32,000 nt of DNA from Candidatus Methylomirabilis oxygeniifera (GTDB lineage: Bacteria > Methylomirabilota > Methylomirabilia > Methylomirabilales > Methylomirabilaceae), in assembly GCA_000091165.1 (NCBI GenBank), contig FP565575.1:630001-662000 (forward strand), read 5' to 3'. Positions 7,714 to 15,564 of this stretch are shown here, piece by piece. The notes beneath the pieces were generated by a model. The model did not search any database and was not told the origin of the DNA. It was given only the letters and a program-made list of their open reading frames with translations. The first letter of the stretch is position 1; each line of letters starts with the position of its first letter. The translations under genes were made by a program, and so were the position numbers.

Positions 7714-9072
7714 ATGCAGGAGCGTATCCTTGGACTGGAAAGCGAATACGGTCTGATCTCGTCCTCGGTCGGCGGGCGGGTGAACCTGTCGGTCGAAAGC
7801 GCACTGGGCTATCTCTTTGAAAAGGTGGTCTCGCGCCAGCGCGGGACCAACGACTTTCTGCGAAATGGCGCGCGCCTCTATCAGGATACCGGTTGTCATC
7901 CAGAGTATGCGACCCCCGAGTGCGATAACCCTCGGGACGTGGTCATCCACGACAAGGCGGGCGAGCGGATCGTGGAGGAGTTGCTCCTGAGCGCCGAGCA
8001 GAAGCTTCACGAGAATGGCATCTACTGCGACATCTACATCTTCAAGAACAATACGGACTCCGTCGGGAACACGTACGGCTGCCACGAGAACTATCTGGTG
8101 CAGCGCGGCGTGAATTTCCACAAGCTGGCAGAGCAGTTGATTCCCTTCTTCGTCACGCGTCAGGTTTTTGCGGGTGCAGGCAAGGTACTTCGGACGAGGA
8201 TGGGGAATCATTACTATATTTCACAGCGGGCGCAACATATCTACCAGGAGATCTCCGGCGCGACGACCAGCTCGCGCGGCATCATCAACACCCGCGATGA
8301 GCCCCACGCCGACGAGGAGAAGTACCGCCGCCTGCACGTCATTGTCGGCGACTCCAACATGTCGGAGGTCGCGACCTATCTGAAGGTCGGCACCACCGCC
8401 ATCGTCCTCGCCATGGTCGAGGACGGCGTCATCACACGCGACCTCGCCCTCGAGGACCCCGTCCGGGCCATCAAGGAGATCTCCCACGACATCACCTGCC
8501 GCCGCCGGGTGCGCCTGAAGCGCGGCAAGGAGTTCTCCGCCGTTGAGATTCAGCGGGAGTACCTCGACCTGGCCCTCGAGTACTACCAGGGCCGCGAACG
8601 CAGCCCCCAGGTGGCCGACCTTCTCGAGAAGTGGCAGTACGTCCTGGACAAGCTGGCGGAGGACCCGATGACGCTCAACCGCGAGCTCGACTGGGTCATC
8701 AAACACGGACTCATCACCTCCTACATCGCCCGCAAGGGTTGCTCCTTCGACGACCAGCGCGTCTTCATGCTGGACCTGCAGTATCATGACATCAAGCGAA
8801 CCCGCGGACTGTACTATCTCATGCTGCATGGTGACCTGATCGATCGGGTCATCACGGACGATGAGATCGAGACGGCCATGACGACGCCGCCGCAAACGAC
8901 GCGGGCCAAAGTACGAAGCGACTTTATCAGGTACGCGAATGAGAAGAATAAGTCGTACGATGTGGGCTGGAGCTACCTGAAGCTGAACGACCGGTATCAG
9001 CGAACCATCCTCTGTAAGGATCCGTTCAAACCCTGGGATCCGCGCGTGGATGAGTTGATCGGTCTGTCGTAG
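7714..9072 (+). CDS. pafA: Pup--protein ligase PafA (Dop/PafA family)
   Basis: 452 aa with motifs LGLESEYG, HPEYATPEC, NTYGCHENY, INTRDEPHADEEKYRRLHVIVGDSNMSE. It lacks the N-terminal insertion seen in the upstream paralog. Its position after prcA is canonical for pafA. Residues about 190-359 are encoded by the block identical to dop. Confidence 0.85.
   Translation: MQERILGLESEYGLISSSVGGRVNLSVESALGYLFEKVVSRQRGTNDFLRNGARLYQDTGCHPEYATPECDNPRDVVIHDKAGERIVEELLLSAEQKLHENGIYCDIYIFKNNTDSVGNTYGCHENYLVQRGVNFHKLAEQLIPFFVTRQVFAGAGKVLRTRMGNHYYISQRAQHIYQEISGATTSSRGIINTRDEPHADEEKYRRLHVIVGDSNMSEVATYLKVGTTAIVLAMVEDGVITRDLALEDPVRAIKEISHDITCRRRVRLKRGKEFSAVEIQREYLDLALEYYQGRERSPQVADLLEKWQYVLDKLAEDPMTLNRELDWVIKHGLITSYIARKGCSFDDQRVFMLDLQYHDIKRTRGLYYLMLHGDLIDRVITDDEIETAMTTPPQTTRAKVRSDFIRYANEKNKSYDVGWSYLKLNDRYQRTILCKDPFKPWDPRVDELIGLS
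8280..8789 (+). repeat. Copy B of the 510-bp perfect direct repeat (inside pafA)
   Basis: Identical to 5198-5707; see copy A. Confidence 0.97.
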
Positions 9073-9097
9073 AGATCGTGCCGTGGGTTAAGTGTTT

Positions 9098-9163
9098 AGC
9101 GGTCAGCCCCTTGAACCGTCAGCGTCCGACCGCTGAGAGCTGATCGCTGAACGCTGACAGCCG
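9098..9163. repeat. Palindromic intergenic element of the GCTGAC/GTCAGC type downstream of pafA
   Basis: CCGTCAGCGT (9116-9125) is nearly complementary to ACGCTGACAG (9151-9160). The inner segment GCTGAGAGCTGATCGCT (9132-9148) recurs at 15526-15542 with 16/17 identity. Confidence 0.5.
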
Positions 9164-9170
9164 TATTACA

Positions 9171-9204
9171 AGAGAGGGGTGGCGGTCGCCATCCCTCTCT
9201 TTTT
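9171..9204 (+). terminator. Rho-independent terminator closing the proteasome operon
   Basis: AGAGAGGGGTGG (9171-9182) pairs with CCATCCCTCTCT (9189-9200) as a 12-bp stem with one G-U pair and a 6-nt loop. TTTT follows immediately (9201-9204). Confidence 0.7.
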
Positions 9205-9245
9205 GCGCCCCGAATGTGGGCGGAGCCGTTGAAAGGAGTGATCGA

Positions 9246-10766
9246 GTGAAGATAGAGCTCAAGGTGCAGGATTTGCTGTCCTACGAGGGAGATGCGCTTA
9301 TTGTGAATCTGTTCGAAGGGGTGCAGCGCCCGGACGGGGCGACCGGGGCGGTGGACCAGGCGCTCGGCGAGTCGATTACCGCCGCCATCCGTCGGCGGGA
9401 GTTCAAGGGCAAACTCCACGAGCGACTCCTGCTGCATACTTCCGGGCAGCTTCCGGTGACTCGGCTACTGGTGATTGGACTCGGCAAGCAGGACGAGTTA
9501 TCTCTTGAGCGGGTGCGCTCAGCCTCGGCAGAGGCAATGCGTCATCTGCGCGGAGTGGGGGTACGGACGGTGGGCTCTATCGTTCATGGCGCCGGTATCG
9601 GGGGACTGGATGCCGGCCAGGCGGCATGCGCTGTGACCGAGGGGGCATCATTGGGCCTCTATCGATTTGACAAATATAAAAAGCCGGAGGAGAACGGGGA
9701 AAAGGTCGTTCAAAAGCTGACGTTGCTGGAGCGCGACCGAGCCAAGGCGTCTGCAATGCAAGGGGGGATATGTCGTGGCCGGATCCTGTCTGAGGCTGTG
9801 AGTTTCGCCCGTGATTTAGTGAATGAGCCGGCGAATACGCTGACCCCTTCGGAACTGGCGGCACGGGCTAGGAGGATGACGAGCGGGTTGGGTCTCACCG
9901 TCAAGATACTGGAGCGCGCCGACATGAAGAGGCTCGGCATGGGGGCGTTGTTGGGGGTGGCTCAGGGCAGCCAGGAGCCCCCGAAGCTCATTGAAGTAAG
10001 CTATAAGGGGAGGAAAGGGAAAGGGGCCGGTCCACGCCTTGGTCTGGTAGGCAAAGGGCTTACGTTCGACTCCGGAGGAATCTCCATCAAGCCGAGCGAG
10101 GGGATGGAGGCGATGAAGGGTGATATGGCCGGCGGAGCGGTGGTCCTCGCAGCGATCAAAGGGATTGCGGAGCTGAAGCTGCCGGTAGATGTGACGGCGA
10201 TCGTACCCGCGACCGAGAATCTACCGAGCGGGACGGCCCAGCGCCCGGGCGACATCGTCACAGCCATGAACGGAAAGACGATTGAGGTTATCAATACCGA
10301 CGCCGAAGGACGACTGATCCTGGCCGATGCCCTCTGTTACGCATGCGACAAGGGACTCACGCATCTTGTCGACGTCGCGACATTGACGGGCGCGTGCGTG
10401 ATCGCGCTCGGCTCGGTCCGGACGGGCGCCTTTACGAATAATCCGGAGCTGATGGGGCAGGTGAAGCAGGCCAGCGAGGCGGCCGGTGAGAAAATCTGGG
10501 AACTGCCTATGGATCACGAGTACGGCGAACAGATCAAGAGCGACTACGCCGATATGAAGAATATTGGAGGCAGGAAGGCCGGGCCGATCACAGGTGCGAA
10601 GCTCCTGGCCAACTTCGTCGAGAAAACTCCGTGGGTTCACCTGGATATCGCCGGGACCGCGCAAACTGAAAAGGAGTACGGATACCAGATAAAAGGGGCG
10701 ACGGGGGCTATGGTCCGTACTCTGATCTATCTGGCGATGAGCTTCGATAGCTCGAAGAAGAAATGA
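9246..10766 (+). CDS. pepA: Leucyl aminopeptidase (M17 family)
   Basis: M17 signature NTDAEGRLILADAL plus VGKGLTFDSGGISIKP. The preferred start is GTG 9246, with AAGGAG at 9233-9238 and a 7-nt spacer. The track start GTG 9216 is an alternative. Confidence 0.9.
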   Translation: MKIELKVQDLLSYEGDALIVNLFEGVQRPDGATGAVDQALGESITAAIRRREFKGKLHERLLLHTSGQLPVTRLLVIGLGKQDELSLERVRSASAEAMRHLRGVGVRTVGSIVHGAGIGGLDAGQAACAVTEGASLGLYRFDKYKKPEENGEKVVQKLTLLERDRAKASAMQGGICRGRILSEAVSFARDLVNEPANTLTPSELAARARRMTSGLGLTVKILERADMKRLGMGALLGVAQGSQEPPKLIEVSYKGRKGKGAGPRLGLVGKGLTFDSGGISIKPSEGMEAMKGDMAGGAVVLAAIKGIAELKLPVDVTAIVPATENLPSGTAQRPGDIVTAMNGKTIEVINTDAEGRLILADALCYACDKGLTHLVDVATLTGACVIALGSVRTGAFTNNPELMGQVKQASEAAGEKIWELPMDHEYGEQIKSDYADMKNIGGRKAGPITGAKLLANFVEKTPWVHLDIAGTAQTEKEYGYQIKGATGAMVRTLIYLAMSFDSSKKK

Positions 10767-10776
10767 CGCGACTGTC

Positions 10777-11007
10777 CTAGACGGCGACGCATGTCACGGT
10801 TCGCATGACGCCTTTCAAGGTGCGAATTTTCGAGAGGACGACTGATCCGACCGTGCCGACATCAGTGGCCTCAACGCACGCGATGACGTCGTAGGGCCCG
10901 GTGACGGCATGCGCCGACTTTACTCCTTTGATCTTCTGTAACGCTTTTACGATGTTGGCCGTCTGATCCGACGCGCCTTCGATCAGGACATACGCCGTGG
11001 TTGTCAT
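10777..11007 (-). CDS. Stand-alone Lrp/AsnC ligand-binding (RAM) domain protein
   Basis: 76 aa. MTTTAYVLIEGASDQTANIVKALQKIKGVKSAHAVTGPYDVIACVEATDVGTVGSVVLSKIRTLKGVMRTVTCVAV follows the beta-alpha-beta-beta-alpha-beta pattern typical of the AsnC-type effector domain. It has no DNA-binding HTH. Confidence 0.7.
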   Translation of the reverse strand: MTTTAYVLIEGASDQTANIVKALQKIKGVKSAHAVTGPYDVIACVEATDVGTVGSVVLSKIRTLKGVMRTVTCVAV

Positions 11008-11099
11008 CGCGCATCCCTCCTTTTGGGTAACCGGCCGGCTGTGCGTCTCTGGTCATCCTTGTGCCCTGGTCAGTGACTGACGCGGGCGAATGAACGGTC

Positions 11100-11127
11100 T
11101 TGACTCGACGTATGTATACGATATATT
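11100..11127 (+). promoter_or_regulatory. Candidate sigma70-type promoter upstream of the MFS gene
   Basis: TTGACT (11100-11105), a 16-nt spacer, then TATATT (11122-11127). Confidence 0.35.
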
Positions 11128-11171
11128 TCAGTGATGCACAAGGAGAAAGACAGGGGGCTGACGGTACATAG

Positions 11172-12395
11172 ATGGATCGATCAGGCAAGAGTCACCTTGT
11201 AATGTTGTCGAGCCCGACCCGTGAGGCGCCGGATCGCTCTATTGACGACACGATTCCCAGCTTCAACTTTTTTGTGGCCTCTCTTTCGAATTTTTTCTTT
11301 TTCACGAATCTTAATGCCTTCAGTCTGCTTCCCCTGTATATCAAGACGCTTGGGGGAACCGAATCGCAGATCGGTTGGATCATGGGTAGCTACAGTCTGA
11401 CGGCCATTCTTGGACAGCCCGTAGCCGGGGTCCTTATTGACCGGTTCGGACGCAAACGATTCCTGCTGGTAGGATCGGCATTGGGGATGCTGGCCGCGAT
11501 CGGCTTTGCGTTCTCGACCTACCTGGATGCGCGATTCGTACTCTTTCGTATCCTGCAGGGCATCGGGTACTCCACCTTCTATATCGCGAATCTGACGCTG
11601 GTGTCTGAAATGGTTCCGTCGAGCCGTCGCGGGGAGGCGGTGGGCCTTTTCGGGATCTCCGGACTTATTACGATCGCGCTCTCTCCGGCGATCGGAGAGC
11701 AGGTCATCCATCGAGCCGGATATCCAACGTTCTTTTTGGCTGCCGCTGTCGCGGCGGCGGCCTGTCTGCTGACAAGTCTGGCGTTCCGCAATCTCCCATC
11801 GACATCCCGAGGCACTATCTCGTCGGGCTTCGCTTTCCTGATTCCATCCGCGCGCATCCTGCCGCCGATTCTCCTCTCGATGGTATTCGGCTTGGCCTCC
11901 GGGGCGGTGTTCGTATTTTTGCCGACTTACGCGATGCAGACGGGGTTGTCGCGGATCGGCGGGTTCTACATTGCATACAGCGTAGCGGCCGTCGGTATCC
12001 GATTAACCTGCGGTAAGCTGTCTGATCAATGGGGACGTCAGCGCGTGATTCTTCCCGCCCTGCTGCTTATGGCATCCGGCACCCTGGGTCTTGTCTGGCT
12101 CATTTCTCCGGTTGGTCTGCTGTTAATCGGAACGCTGACCGGAATGGCGCACGGCTTGCTGTTCCCGGCCCTGAGCGCCTATACAATCGATCTGGCGGAG
12201 TCGGATGGGCGCGGACGCGCCTTGGGTGCTTTCAGCACCGCTATGTTGCTGGGTCATGCGCTTGCAGCGTTCACATTCGGGATTGTCGCGGAGCAGTTCG
12301 GCTACCGGGCGATCTATCTTCTGGCTTCGGCCATTGCGATGACCACCTTCTGTGTATTATTGTGTGTCCGAAACAGGGCTCAGATAGTGCGATAG
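11172..12395 (+). CDS. MFS transporter
   Basis: 407 aa with about 12 hydrophobic segments. The MFS loop 2-3 motif is present as GVLIDRFGRKRFLL. The start could also be ATG 11202. Confidence 0.85.
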   Translation: MDRSGKSHLVMLSSPTREAPDRSIDDTIPSFNFFVASLSNFFFFTNLNAFSLLPLYIKTLGGTESQIGWIMGSYSLTAILGQPVAGVLIDRFGRKRFLLVGSALGMLAAIGFAFSTYLDARFVLFRILQGIGYSTFYIANLTLVSEMVPSSRRGEAVGLFGISGLITIALSPAIGEQVIHRAGYPTFFLAAAVAAAACLLTSLAFRNLPSTSRGTISSGFAFLIPSARILPPILLSMVFGLASGAVFVFLPTYAMQTGLSRIGGFYIAYSVAAVGIRLTCGKLSDQWGRQRVILPALLLMASGTLGLVWLISPVGLLLIGTLTGMAHGLLFPALSAYTIDLAESDGRGRALGAFSTAMLLGHALAAFTFGIVAEQFGYRAIYLLASAIAMTTFCVLLCVRNRAQIVR

Positions 12396-12529
12396 CCCGC
12401 GGTGTCGGAAGCGATAGATGAACGTGTTCATACTCGATATTCTCGATGTCCACGAGAGGCGGGCGCCACGGCGGGACGCTTCGGCAAGAGGGTGGACGGA
12501 CAGATGTGAGGAAGTGAAAGGGAGGGCAT

Positions 12530-13441
12530 ATGGGTTGGTTCAGCGCATTATGTGAGGGCGGCGGGAAATCCGGTAAAAGGCTCATCGAGGCCTCTAAATC
12601 AGGAACTGCGGAAACGGTCACGCGCCTGTTGACTGAAGGCGTTGATGCAAATGCGGGTGATCAACATGGCTGGACGGCACTGATGTATGCGTCCTGGCAT
12701 GGACGTTCCGGAATAGTGGAGCTGCTGCTCAAGCACGGCGTCGACGTACACGCAAAGGATCATAATGGCTGGACAGCCCTGATGCGTGCAGCGTGGAAAG
12801 GGTACGCCGGGATTGTAGAGCTGCTGCTCAAGCACGGCGCCGACGTACACGCAAAGGATCATAATGGCTGGACAGCCCTGATGCATGCCTCTTGGAGAGG
12901 GCATTCCGGGGCGGTAGAGCTGCTGCTTAAGCACGGCGCCGACGTACAGGTCAGAGATAAAGACGGCTGGACGTCGCTGATGCATGCGTCCGGTCATGGG
13001 CGCTCCAGGGCGGTAGAGCTGCTGCTTAAGCACGGCGCCGACGTACAGGTCAGAGATAAAGACGGCTGGACGGCGCTGATGCGTGCATCCTGGAACGGAC
13101 ATGCCGGGGTGGTCGCGATGCTGCTGAAGCATGACGCAGATCCGAACGTGAAGGATCAGAGCGGCTGGACGGCGCTGATGCGTGCGTCCTGGCGAGGACA
13201 TTCCGGGGTGGTCGCGATGCTGCTGAAGCATGACGCAGATCCGAACGTGAAGGATCAGAAGGATGGGACGGCCCTGACACACGCGTCCGAGAGAGGGCGT
13301 TTTAGAATTGTCGCGCTCCTGCTTCAGTACGGCGCCGATATGCACGTGAAGGATTATAAACGTCAGACGGCCCTGATGTACGCGTCTTTGCATGGGCATT
13401 CGAGAGTTGCAGAGCTGCTGCAGAGACACGCCGCGTCCTGA
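12530..13441 (+). CDS. Ankyrin-repeat protein, paralog 1 (303 aa, about 9 ANK modules)
   Basis: 33-aa periodicity of DxxGWTALMxASWxGHxxxVELLLKHGADV. N-terminus is MGWFSALCEGGGKSGKRLIEASKSG. SD GGGAGGG lies 4 nt upstream of the ATG. Confidence 0.9.
   Translation: MGWFSALCEGGGKSGKRLIEASKSGTAETVTRLLTEGVDANAGDQHGWTALMYASWHGRSGIVELLLKHGVDVHAKDHNGWTALMRAAWKGYAGIVELLLKHGADVHAKDHNGWTALMHASWRGHSGAVELLLKHGADVQVRDKDGWTSLMHASGHGRSRAVELLLKHGADVQVRDKDGWTALMRASWNGHAGVVAMLLKHDADPNVKDQSGWTALMRASWRGHSGVVAMLLKHDADPNVKDQKDGTALTHASERGRFRIVALLLQYGADMHVKDYKRQTALMYASLHGHSRVAELLQRHAAS
12719..13259 (+). repeat. Three adjacent pairs of near-identical 99-bp ANK-module duplications inside paralog 1
   Basis: 12719-12785 vs 12818-12884 is 66/67 identical. 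12909-12983 vs 13008-13082 is 74/75 identical. 13104-13160 vs 13203-13259 is 57/57 identical. All three pairs are offset by exactly 99 nt. Confidence 0.9.
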
Positions 13442-13625
13442 GAGCACGGCGCCGGATTTCACACATTGGAAATGTCTTGCTAAGCTGTATACTTGATTTG
13501 TATGGACCCTTTTGTAGGGTCTCGGAGTATGGGGGCGGCCGTCTCGAATCCGGCGTCCTGATCGGGGATCGACCGCAGCCGTGTGCGGGATGGGATAGAT
13601 GGGCTAGATGTGATAGGAGGGGGGT

Positions 13626-14339
13626 ATGGGTTTCTTTAGCGCATTATTTGAAAGTGATGAGAAGCCTGTTGATAAGCTTATTGAGGCGTCCAAATCCGGA
13701 GATATTGAAAAGGTGAAAAGGCTGCTGGCTGAAGGCGCTGACGTGCATGTGATTGATAAAGATGGCGTGACCGCTCTGATGCACGCGTCTGAGAATGGGC
13801 ATACTGAGGTTATGGAGCTACTGCTCAACAAAGGCGCTGATGTGAACGCCAGAGATAAACTTGGCTGGACGGCCTTGATGCAAGCGGCCTGGCATGGACA
13901 AGCCAAGGTGGCAGAGCTGCTGCTCAATCAGGGCGCCGATGTCAATGCGCAGGCCGTGAGTGGCGCGACCGCCTTGATACGCGCGTCCGAGAAAGGACAT
14001 GCCGGGGTTGTCGGACTGCTGCTCATTCGAGGTGTTGATGTGGACGCAAAGGCGGGAGACGGCGCGACCGCCCTGATACGCGCGGCCTGGCATGGACATG
14101 CCGGGGTTGTCGGACTCCTGCTCAATCACGGCGCTGATGTGGATGCGAGAGACAACAACCGTGCGACCGCCCTGATACGCGCGGCCTGGCATGGACATGC
14201 CAAGGTGGCGGAGCTGCTGCTCAATAAAGGCGCTGATGTGAGCGCGAAGGATAATATGAATGCGACGGCCTGGATGTATGCCTCCCAGAATAAACTTTCT
14301 AAGATTGCTGAACTGCTGGACAGACACGGCGCGCGCTAA
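13626..14339 (+). CDS. Ankyrin-repeat protein, paralog 2 (237 aa, about 7 modules)
   Basis: N-terminus MGFFSALFESDEKPVDKLIEASKSGDIEKVKRLLAEGADV, followed by ANK modules. SD AGGAGGGG lies just upstream. Confidence 0.9.
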   Translation: MGFFSALFESDEKPVDKLIEASKSGDIEKVKRLLAEGADVHVIDKDGVTALMHASENGHTEVMELLLNKGADVNARDKLGWTALMQAAWHGQAKVAELLLNQGADVNAQAVSGATALIRASEKGHAGVVGLLLIRGVDVDAKAGDGATALIRAAWHGHAGVVGLLLNHGADVDARDNNRATALIRAAWHGHAKVAELLLNKGADVSAKDNMNATAWMYASQNKLSKIAELLDRHGAR

Positions 14340-14383
14340 GATGCAAAGAAGCGATCGGCGTTCGGCGATTAAGGGATAGGAGT

Positions 14384-14457
14384 ATAGGCTGAAGACCGAA
14401 GGCTGAAGGATCCTCACAATCTTCCACCTTCAGCCTATTTACCTTCAGCCTTCAGTC
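14384..14457. repeat. REP-like palindromic spacer (AGGCTGAAGG / CCTTCAGCCT arms) between paralogs 2 and 3
   Basis: G-arms ATAGGCTGAAG (14384-14394) and AAGGCTGAAGGA (14399-14410) face C-arms CCTTCAGCCTAT (14427-14438) and ACCTTCAGCCTTCAG (14441-14455). Confidence 0.6.
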
Positions 14458-14505
14458 TGGTACTGACCCCTGACAGCTTTGTTTTCGAAGGAAGAGGGAG
14501 GTTGT

Positions 14506-15417
14506 ATGGGTTTCCTGAGCTCATTATTTGGGAGTGGTGGGAAGCGTGGTAAAAGGCTGATCGAGGCGTCCAAATCCGGAGAAACCGGAAAAGTTAAGAG
14601 CCTGTTGGCCGAAGGCGCCGATGTGAATGCGATAGATGGGGACGGCTGGACAGCCCTGATGCATGCATCGTGGGTCGGACATCTTACGGTTGTCGAAGCG
14701 CTGCTCGATCGTGGCGCTGATGTGAACGTGCAGGATAAGAATGGGGGGACGGCACTGATCCGGGCGGCCTGGAAAGAACACGCCCGTGTGGTGGAGAGGC
14801 TTCTCGCGAAAGGCGCTGAGGTTGACGTAAAGGATAAAGATAGCTTTAGCGCGCTGATGCGTGCGGCATGGAATGGCCGTTTCGGAGTGATAGAGATACT
14901 CCTCAATAACGGAGCAGTTGTGGATGCGAGGGACAAATTTGGTTGTACGGCCCTCATACGCGCGTCGTTGAATGGCCATACCAGGATTGCGGAACTCCTG
15001 CTCGATCGAGGCGCGGACCTGAACGCGCTGGATCAACATGGCGGGACGGCGCTGATACATGCCGCCGCGCAGGGCCATACCGGGGTTGCGGAGCTCCTGC
15101 TCGATCGAGGCGCGGACCTGAACGTACGGGATCAATACAGCAGGACGGCGCTGATACGGGCCGCCGCGCATGGCCATACCGGGGTTGCAGAACTCCTGAT
15201 CAATCGAGGCGCGGACCTGAACGTACGGGATCAACATGGCGGGACGGCGCTGATACGGGCCGCCGCGCATGGCCATACCGGGGTTGCGGAACTCCTGCTC
15301 GATCGAGGCGCGGACCTGAACATGTGGGATGCCGATGGCGGGACGGCTTTGGAGCGCGCATCTTTGAATGGACACCTTAAGATGTTGGAACTGTTGAAGA
15401 AGTATGGGGCACAGTAA
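14506..15417 (+). CDS. Ankyrin-repeat protein, paralog 3 (303 aa)
   Basis: Start moved to ATG 14506 (GAGGGAGG SD 5 nt upstream), so the N-terminus is MGFLSSLFGSGGKRGKRLIEASKSG as in the other paralogs. ANK periodicity runs throughout. Confidence 0.9.
   Translation: MGFLSSLFGSGGKRGKRLIEASKSGETGKVKSLLAEGADVNAIDGDGWTALMHASWVGHLTVVEALLDRGADVNVQDKNGGTALIRAAWKEHARVVERLLAKGAEVDVKDKDSFSALMRAAWNGRFGVIEILLNNGAVVDARDKFGCTALIRASLNGHTRIAELLLDRGADLNALDQHGGTALIHAAAQGHTGVAELLLDRGADLNVRDQYSRTALIRAAAHGHTGVAELLINRGADLNVRDQHGGTALIRAAAHGHTGVAELLLDRGADLNMWDADGGTALERASLNGHLKMLELLKKYGAQ
14974..15370 (+). repeat. Four consecutive highly similar 99-bp ANK modules inside paralog 3
   Basis: GGCCATACC recurs at 14974, 15073, 15172 and 15271. 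GHTGVAELLLDRGADLNVRDQ-type units share long identical runs. Confidence 0.85.
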
Positions 15418-15437
15418 GATTAAAAAAAGTGATCAGC

Positions 15438-15500
15438 TATAGGCGGAAGAGGCTGAAGGCAGATAGACTGAAGGCGTTGAGTATTCTTCAGTCTTCAGCG
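15438..15500. repeat. REP-like palindromic spacer between paralogs 3 and 4
   Basis: G-arms AGGCGGAAG, AGGCTGAAGG and AGACTGAAGG face C-arms CTTCAGTCTTCAGCG. A GCTGAGCGCTGATCGCT motif follows at 15526-15542. Confidence 0.6.
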
Positions 15501-15564
15501 TAACCCTTTGCTTTTGTGGCTGACGGCTGAGCGCTGATCGCTATGCTCTCAGAAAGGAGGGTAT

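Noticed and set aside
13530-13575. tRNA-like T-loop string (CCGTCTCGAATCCGGCG) after a GACCC-TTTTGTA-GGGTC hairpin between ankyrin paralogs 1 and 2. A similar GGGTTCGACC occurs at 24450-24470.
   Set aside because: No acceptor stem, D-arm or correctly spaced anticodon arm could be built. The T-stem has a mismatch and the variable region would be 16 nt with a Gln-type anticodon. At most these are chance matches or tiny tRNA-fragment relics.
12719-15370. Regular 99-bp periodic repeats that could superficially suggest a CRISPR-like or satellite array.
   Set aside because: The period equals one 33-aa ANK module. The repeats are in frame inside long ORFs. There are no unique spacers and no cas genes.
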